Origin: an uncultured virus (IMG/VR IMGVR_UViG_3300031963_000089)
Taxonomy: Duplodnaviria > Heunggongvirae > Uroviricota > Caudoviricetes
Virus record (IMG/VR): IMGVR_UViG_3300031963_000089
Coordinates: 1-64,000 of that record
Direction: 5' to 3' (one strand)
Length of the DNA: 64,000 nucleotides
Part shown: positions 57,756 through 64,000 of the stretch, one piece after another
Layout of the letters: each line of letters starts with the position of its first letter
Position numbering within the stretch: the first letter of the stretch is position 1
The notes under the pieces: model-generated
Database searches by the model: none
The model's input: only the letters and a program-made list of their open reading frames with translations
What the model was told of the DNA's origin: nothing
Program-made: the position numbers and the translations under genes

Positions 57756-60718
57756 TATCCTTGTATCTGTATATTATATAATATGTTTATATCACTTATA
57801 ACAACATCATCAAATCCGCATATTGTTGATATTAATTGTAATTGACTTGTATTACTATCATAAACTATTTGTACACCAGCATCATTATTAATTCCACTGT
57901 TTGCAAAATATACTAATCCTTGATTAATTGTGTTAACCCATTGTGTTTCTGTTGGTAGGATAGAAGTGTAATAGTAGGTTGGCCCATTATTATACTCAAA
58001 TGTATATTCTTCACCTGTGTCAACGTGAGTTAATGTAAAACCAAATCCATAAGTTGCACTAACAATAGTATACCCTGCGGTAAACCCTTGTTCAGTAGCC
58101 AACTGTTGTGCAACAATATTTAAACCATCCCCAATATTTTGAATTGATGGTATATCAATATTAAACGTATATGAGTCACAACCATTAGTTTGTAAAGTTC
58201 CCGTTGTAACTGGCCCTACAACTTCTTGTAATACCAATTGACAACCTCTTTGCATTCGATAAATAAACTTCTGTCTATGGAATATTGAATTTTCAAACTT
58301 TGTTCCTGTATTCCAAATAGTTGTTGCTGGGACAAATTGTTCAATTAATTTAATCCAAAAATCACCTAATCCATTAATATACTCAATCATATTTTGATAA
58401 CCAAAATTATCATTAGTTAATCCTGTATCTTGATACATTGTAAGGTATTTCCAAAATAGTGATTGTAATGTTGGATAACCACTTGTTTTTCCGTCGGATG
58501 AAAATTGTCGATTTCTAACATTTATCATGTTTAACCAAAATGTTTTATAAAACTCATAAAAAGTTTTATTTTGTGGTTGTGGGTTAATAAAAGTCCAATC
58601 AATACCACCTATCTGTGGATATGGTGTAGATAATCCTGTGTAAGGTATTGGGTAATTTTTGGTTGACGAAACATACCAAACATCATAAGCAAGAGCTTGA
58701 GCTGGATTTAAGAATATTTCAATATTCTTAACATTAAGTAATAACCTATCAGTTGATATTGGGTAATAAGCATTAAACAAATTATCAATATTTTTTCTTA
58801 ATCCAACATCTTCATTAGTCCAACTCTTTTTATTATCCTGAACTTTTTTAAGATTAAATCCCATATCCATGAATGGGAAATTTCTAAATCTATCTAAGAA
58901 TTTTTGACCATATGTGAATGGTTCTAAGCTAGTCTGAATGTTAACATTTTGTCCTGTATATACACTTGTATTATAATTAATTTCTTCAGGTGCTCTATGT
59001 TGTACTGTAGATTCAATCCAACCAGCACCTTTTTGGAAATAAAAACTTGGTCTACTTGTTGTTCCTTGAGTAAACGCAGGATTTACAGGATAACCCTCAC
59101 TGTCAATAGGATAATCAGATAATGTTGTATTTGTCGGAATTGTAACACCTGATTGTGTAAATGCGGTATATGTTACCCCTTGGAAATTATACGTATTACC
59201 ACTATTTAAAACCGTAAACTGTGGGGTATATGTTCCACCTGAAATTTGGGAATACAATAAATTAAATCTTTCAATATTAATGTTTGTATCCGCCAAATAA
59301 ACGTTTTCATTAAATTCAACAAGAGCGTTAGGTGCTCCAATAAAACCCAATAAAAATTCAATCGCCTTTCTTGTACCTTTAGACCTATATAAATAAGATG
59401 AATTAAGAATTAAATTTCTAAAATATTGATTGTTTAAATCTTGTTTTGTTTGACTTGTAGAGTAAGCAGGAAACGCATTATCAGTTGTACCATAAACCGA
59501 CTCTAAAAAGTCAGCATTTGCAATCGGTGACATTCTGATTGACCAACCAAGTGTTTGGGCTAAATTAGTTACTAAACCTGAAGGTATGTCATTTCCAATA
59601 TTATAATTTACGGAATTAACATATTGTATACCATCAATATATTTTTTAGTCTCATCGAAACTTCTACCATAAATTTTTAAAGTCTTATCAACCTTCTCAT
59701 CTACAGTATCAAATTCCTTTAACGCATTTGTTGTGTAAAATCTAGATACTAAATTTGTTTTATTTTCATCATAACTTGCACCTAATATCTGTAATTCAGA
59801 TATATAATTTTCATATCCAAAAGAACTAATATCAATATTCCATACACCACCTAATGGCCAAGTAATTGAGCGTACAACATTTGAAATGTAACCATCATCC
59901 GATTCAGATGGTGTTTGATATTGGTACGTATATATTGGGTTAGAGTATCTATTTAATAACGCTTCTTCAATTTCTCCTAACTCAAGATTAAAAACTTCAT
60001 TTACTATAGTATCATTTGGTCTAACAACAAAATTTTGAGAAAATGTTGTTAATCCACTAAATGGGTTACCTTTAACATATATTGTTAGGTCGGTTGAAAA
60101 ATCAGAGGTTGTATCAATATAATTTAACTCATAACTTTGCCCGCTAAGAAATAATGAATAACTTCTAAATTGATTTGTTAAATTTCTATATTTTGAAACA
60201 GGAAATCCTAAACTACTAATAAAAACAGTGGCATTAATTCTATAATCAATATTAAAAGGATTACTTATTGTTTGCCAAGGAATAGTTAATACAGTTTCAT
60301 CTAAATTACCATTATAACTAATATTAACCGCAGTATTTGCAGTTGTTGAACCTGATGTATAATTTCTTATTTCTAACGCCGCTGGAAAATAATTTAAGAC
60401 ATTATTAATCGCAACTTCTAATCGTTTACTTAATGAACCATAGGATACAAAATTTGTAACATCAGTTTCATCAAAATTTGGGTATAATCTGAAATTATTG
60501 TTATAAACAGATGCCGCTAATTCAGGTGTTAAATTTAAATCATCATTATTAAATAATGATGAAAATGTACCAGTTTCAAAATTTCTATTAACTTTTTCCG
60601 TAATACTTGTTGAAAATTCAAAAGTACCAAGCGTAAGTCCCCCACCATCAGTCAGTTGTAAACCAACAAGATTATCCGAAAAGTTTCTATTTTGTGGTGG
60701 ACATTTATAAGTCGCCAT
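57755..60718 (-). CDS. putative baseplate wedge protein, 987 aa
   Basis: LAQTLGW...NLILN..YLYRSKGTRKAIEFLL resembles the P2 gpI/T4 gp7-type wedge motif. Confidence 0.6.
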   Translation of the reverse strand: MATYKCPPQNRNFSDNLVGLQLTDGGGLTLGTFEFSTSITEKVNRNFETGTFSSLFNNDDLNLTPELAASVYNNNFRLYPNFDETDVTNFVSYGSLSKRLEVAINNVLNYFPAALEIRNYTSGSTTANTAVNISYNGNLDETVLTIPWQTISNPFNIDYRINATVFISSLGFPVSKYRNLTNQFRSYSLFLSGQSYELNYIDTTSDFSTDLTIYVKGNPFSGLTTFSQNFVVRPNDTIVNEVFNLELGEIEEALLNRYSNPIYTYQYQTPSESDDGYISNVVRSITWPLGGVWNIDISSFGYENYISELQILGASYDENKTNLVSRFYTTNALKEFDTVDEKVDKTLKIYGRSFDETKKYIDGIQYVNSVNYNIGNDIPSGLVTNLAQTLGWSIRMSPIANADFLESVYGTTDNAFPAYSTSQTKQDLNNQYFRNLILNSSYLYRSKGTRKAIEFLLGFIGAPNALVEFNENVYLADTNINIERFNLLYSQISGGTYTPQFTVLNSGNTYNFQGVTYTAFTQSGVTIPTNTTLSDYPIDSEGYPVNPAFTQGTTSRPSFYFQKGAGWIESTVQHRAPEEINYNTSVYTGQNVNIQTSLEPFTYGQKFLDRFRNFPFMDMGFNLKKVQDNKKSWTNEDVGLRKNIDNLFNAYYPISTDRLLLNVKNIEIFLNPAQALAYDVWYVSSTKNYPIPYTGLSTPYPQIGGIDWTFINPQPQNKTFYEFYKTFWLNMINVRNRQFSSDGKTSGYPTLQSLFWKYLTMYQDTGLTNDNFGYQNMIEYINGLGDFWIKLIEQFVPATTIWNTGTKFENSIFHRQKFIYRMQRGCQLVLQEVVGPVTTGTLQTNGCDSYTFNIDIPSIQNIGDGLNIVAQQLATEQGFTAGYTIVSATYGFGFTLTHVDTGEEYTFEYNNGPTYYYTSILPTETQWVNTINQGLVYFANSGINNDAGVQIVYDSNTSQLQLISTICGFDDVVISDINILYNIQIQG

Positions 60719-61623
60719 TAAGCTGTGATATTATCAAAATTTTTAGTTGTATCAATATTACTTCCTCTATTTTGTCTAACCTCATATAACAACTCATTAA
60801 ATTGACTTCTAATTTCATACAAATTGTATTGTTTGTAAATGTTGTTATTTGTGTCATAAATGGTGTATATACCATCTTCAATAGATTTAGTTTGATTACC
60901 ATAAAGAGCAATTGCCAATGTTGAGATATCATTTTCAACAATTTCAACTTCAATCATTATTGGGTCAAAAAAAGTATTTGTTAAAATAATATTTTGTCCC
61001 GCAGCTCCAATATAAGGTGTTGCATTTGGTTTGTTTGAGGGTGATGAACTTGGTGAAACTGTACAAAATAAAAGATTAGTTTCACCATCACTATAAACCC
61101 ATCTTTGTGCTTTATCTGATGTATTATTAGTATTTGCAACTACCGCCTCACAATAAAATGAAGAAGTAATTATTCTAAAAAAATTAGTATTTTTTGTACC
61201 ATCACTATTCAAATATTCTATTCGATAACCCACCAATCCTTGTGGAACAAACCTGTTTAAAAATTCTTGGGGTACATTTGTTAAATCGATAATAATACCC
61301 TTAACATTTGGTAATGCTTGTAATACCCCACAATCAAGAATTTCAGTTCTAATTTGAACTGGTCTAATTAATAGGTTATAAATTCCAAGATTATTAAATT
61401 CTGAAGATGGTAATTTTAAATTATACATCCCACCTAAAATTTCATTTGTTTGCCCACCAATCGCAGGATTACTAAAATAAGGTTGTAACAACTCAAGAGC
61501 ATCTAATTTTTTCAAGATGAAATTATTAGTGAAATCTCTTGATGGTGTATAATTCATTATTATTTCCACATCAGCTGGACTTACATCCGCCAATCTTACT
61601 GTTCCATAATTACCTGTTGCCAT
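60718..61623 (-). CDS. putative baseplate/structural protein, 301 aa
   Basis: TAATG-coupled to the wedge-like gene. TATTTATA at 61646-61639. Confidence 0.65.
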   Translation of the reverse strand: MATGNYGTVRLADVSPADVEIIMNYTPSRDFTNNFILKKLDALELLQPYFSNPAIGGQTNEILGGMYNLKLPSSEFNNLGIYNLLIRPVQIRTEILDCGVLQALPNVKGIIIDLTNVPQEFLNRFVPQGLVGYRIEYLNSDGTKNTNFFRIITSSFYCEAVVANTNNTSDKAQRWVYSDGETNLLFCTVSPSSSPSNKPNATPYIGAAGQNIILTNTFFDPIMIEVEIVENDISTLAIALYGNQTKSIEDGIYTIYDTNNNIYKQYNLYEIRSQFNELLYEVRQNRGSNIDTTKNFDNITA

Positions 61624-61659
61624 TTTTTACCTTATTAGTATAAATATTAATTTTTAATT

Positions 61660-62745
61660 TTATTGACTGTTTTGTATGTTGAAAAAATTATATCCGTAAT
61701 TTACCAAATCCGACATTGTTGAAACTTCACCAATTCTTCTGAAGTTTTCCAACGCAGAGTTTTTACCTCGTTCAACAAAAACACTTGAAAATAATTGAGG
61801 TTGGTCTATTACATTCATAAGAACTTCATTCTTTGTAATAGCACTTTGAACTAACATATCTGAAGTTAATCCTGAAGAAGCCACAACAAAAATTGATGTC
61901 CCACCCGAAAAGTCAATATAGTCAGTATTGTTTATAGTATATCCTGTTTGTTGTGACGTTAAATAATTAACAACACCATACCCACCTCCAGGTAAATTAA
62001 CCGTCTGCCCCACTTGGTATTGTGTCGGCCCATACAATGATAAATCCTCTAATCTTGACGTTGTTACCCCTGTAATAAAATAAGGTACTTGTCCATAGTA
62101 TGAACCTATTTGATACGCAATTTCATTATATGAATCCGCAGTGTAAATAAAATTATATGTTTGAGGACTGGCACTCCAACTTCCACTTGTATTTGCAAAA
62201 GTCACAGTTCCATATGGATTTGAGTTGTCCACAGGTGAATAAGGAACATTAACTGTTTTTGTTGTCGTAACAGTCCCCCACATGTTTTCTTGTCTTAATG
62301 TAATGGTGTAACTTGTTGGGTTAGGTAAAGGATTTGCATAAGTGTGATTTATAAATTCAGGATAAAAAGAATTTATAACTTGTGAACTCCCATCACCCCA
62401 ATCTATTGTATATGTTGAGTCAATTAAATAAACTGCACCCTCACTTGAGTTATTAAATAAACTAACAGTGTATGGACTTTCAGTTGACGCAGTAAATGAA
62501 AAGTTTGCAGAAATAACTTGTTGTGTAATATTCCCATCAAATCCATCATAGTAACCAATGTCTTGATACTTTTGTTTTAATAAAATAGGAAATGTAAGTC
62601 CTGTAAGTAATGATGTTCCACCAGTATTACCTTGTAATATACTTGTCAATCCAGTATATACTCCAAAAGTATACCCACTAGATGTTACTTGTACAATATC
62701 TGATTCTAAAAATTCAGGAGATATTTTAATTTTAATTATTTCCAT
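61660..62745 (-). CDS. structural protein with a PKD-like segment
   Basis: YTIDWGDG...NHTY...YTITL. Confidence 0.65.
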   Translation of the reverse strand: MEIIKIKISPEFLESDIVQVTSSGYTFGVYTGLTSILQGNTGGTSLLTGLTFPILLKQKYQDIGYYDGFDGNITQQVISANFSFTASTESPYTVSLFNNSSEGAVYLIDSTYTIDWGDGSSQVINSFYPEFINHTYANPLPNPTSYTITLRQENMWGTVTTTKTVNVPYSPVDNSNPYGTVTFANTSGSWSASPQTYNFIYTADSYNEIAYQIGSYYGQVPYFITGVTTSRLEDLSLYGPTQYQVGQTVNLPGGGYGVVNYLTSQQTGYTINNTDYIDFSGGTSIFVVASSGLTSDMLVQSAITKNEVLMNVIDQPQLFSSVFVERGKNSALENFRRIGEVSTMSDLVNYGYNFFNIQNSQ

Positions 62746-62747
62746 TT

Positions 62748-63503
62748 TTATACTGTAGGTGGATTTTTATACTCATACCAATTATTCGTTGAAAGTGGAT
62801 TTTGTGTATCAATATTATTTATTGTATATGTTTGTTGAGTAAAATTAAAATTAACTTCTCTCATAAAATAATCAGTCGTCAATCGATATGGTGTCGATGA
62901 ATCGGTCTGTTTTTTTGTTGTAAATGTTGTAAAAGTTCCATCCGAACCATCAAAAAATTTAACAGTCATATACAATTTTGTTAAATTTAATATTTCAGGA
63001 TTTTCAAACCAATAAAGGTAAAAACCTTCAGGATTAGTTAATGGGTTCAAACTATAACTAGGTATTGATAGTTTACCCGTTCCTTGATTATTTCCTAAAT
63101 CAACATCTGTAGTATCATTTTTTTTGTTTAAAATAACAGTTAGAAAATTTCTTCTTCTTAAAGTATTTTGACTATCGTAGAAATCAATCTTGAAAAATGA
63201 TTTCATAAATGCAGTTGTCTTATTTAAAACTTGAGGTTGTGTAAATCTTCCTGATTCAACATAACTATTTACCCAATCAGTATCACCACTGTTTTTAAAA
63301 TTAAAAACATACTTAAAAGGATATGGATATGAAAATCTTGCGGTTTCATAATTTTCAGGTTCACCAATTATTTCAGTAATAATTTGTTCCTCATACAAAT
63401 TAAGAGCATCTTCTCTATCCAAAAAGTCCCAATTCATATTGATTGGGATATTAATACCCTTATCAATATTTGTTTTTAATATTTTAAAATTATTCACAAC
63501 CAT
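62748..63503 (-). CDS. hypothetical (probably structural) protein, 251 aa
   Basis: ORF in the structural operon. Confidence 0.7.
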   Translation of the reverse strand: MVVNNFKILKTNIDKGINIPINMNWDFLDREDALNLYEEQIITEIIGEPENYETARFSYPYPFKYVFNFKNSGDTDWVNSYVESGRFTQPQVLNKTTAFMKSFFKIDFYDSQNTLRRRNFLTVILNKKNDTTDVDLGNNQGTGKLSIPSYSLNPLTNPEGFYLYWFENPEILNLTKLYMTVKFFDGSDGTFTTFTTKKQTDSSTPYRLTTDYFMREVNFNFTQQTYTINNIDTQNPLSTNNWYEYKNPPTV

Positions 63504-64000
63504 CTGTAATTGGGTCGTTAACTTGTGTAGTGTTTATATTATTAACATTACTTCCTTCAGGTATTAATCTAAAAATGAAGTTTTCATGCACATAATGTTT
63601 GTTATTTAAAAAAGGTCTATCAACACCTCGTCCAATATCATCAATGAAACCATAAGGATATATATCTCTCCATCTGAAATCATTATTATAACTTGAGAAG
63701 AAAGCGTAAGTAGGTAAATTAACTAAAGGAAAATTTTGAGGATTACTTTCGTCACTTTGTTCTACATAATCAGAAAAAACTCTTATTTGAAACTTATAAT
63801 GTGGTTTATAGTAATAACCTTCAGTATTTGGATTCGATTCACCAATAGGTGATGTTTTAAATATTTTTTGATTAAAATTTATTTTTTGGTAATATTCAGA
63901 CAAAACAGTTTCAGTTTGTGTCATATCATTCCATTCACAAATATCCCCATCAAGAGTATCTCCAACATTATATGGTAAATTGTAATAAAATCTTAAAGTG
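63490..64000 (-). CDS. hypothetical (probably structural) protein, 5' end beyond the window
   Basis: The frame stays open upstream of the track ATG at 63924 (…LRFYYNLPYNVGDTLDGDICEWND…) to the window edge. Confidence 0.7.
   Translation of the reverse strand, partial: TLRFYYNLPYNVGDTLDGDICEWNDMTQTETVLSEYYQKINFNQKIFKTSPIGESNPNTEGYYYKPHYKFQIRVFSDYVEQSDESNPQNFPLVNLPTYAFFSSYNNDFRWRDIYPYGFIDDIGRGVDRPFLNNKHYVHENFIFRLIPEGSNVNNINTTQVNDPITDGCE

Noticed and set aside
1..64000. Stop-codon reassignment, as in some Bacteroidota phages
   Set aside because: Genes are full length and tightly packed under the standard code, and TAG and TGA both end genes (e.g. 2063, 13965).
1..64000. tRNA, rRNA, integrase or transposase genes
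   Set aside because: None recognised. Intergenic gaps are short and AT-rich. A covariance-model search would be needed to exclude small RNAs.

Overview
AT-rich, gene-dense segment of a large (jumbo-type) tailed bacteriophage genome, almost all on the minus strand and read with the standard code. The host is probably in the Bacteroidota, judged from a TTTG-N19-TATCTTTG promoter, a Bacteroidota-like primary sigma factor, an Hc1/histone-H1-like protein, SprB-like repeats and A-rich start regions with no obvious Shine-Dalgarno. 1-15.8 kb holds a DnaJ protein, the histone-like protein, probable head-internal proteins, a putative lysis cassette, the sigma-70 factor, SbcC/SbcD-like nuclease genes with an unusual domain split, a PD-(D/E)XK nuclease and a primase. 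15.8-64 kb is a virion tail/baseplate/fibre module with one RuvC-like resolvase. It contains Cys-rich SprB-like, YVTN-propeller, LamG, discoidin and Gly-rich proteins, four mucin-like Pro/Thr-repeat proteins, and two giant genes each with about 1,500 residues of Pro-free Gly-Ser/Thr-Ser triplets. In the middle sits a five-gene glycosyltransferase operon led by a GT60-like polypeptide O-GlcNAc transferase. The leading hypothesis is a phage-encoded mucin-type O-glycosylation system that builds a glycan coat on Ser/Thr-rich virion fibres. Three promoter classes and a terminator hairpin covering a start codon are also visible. All family assignments come from motif recognition by eye, not from database searches.
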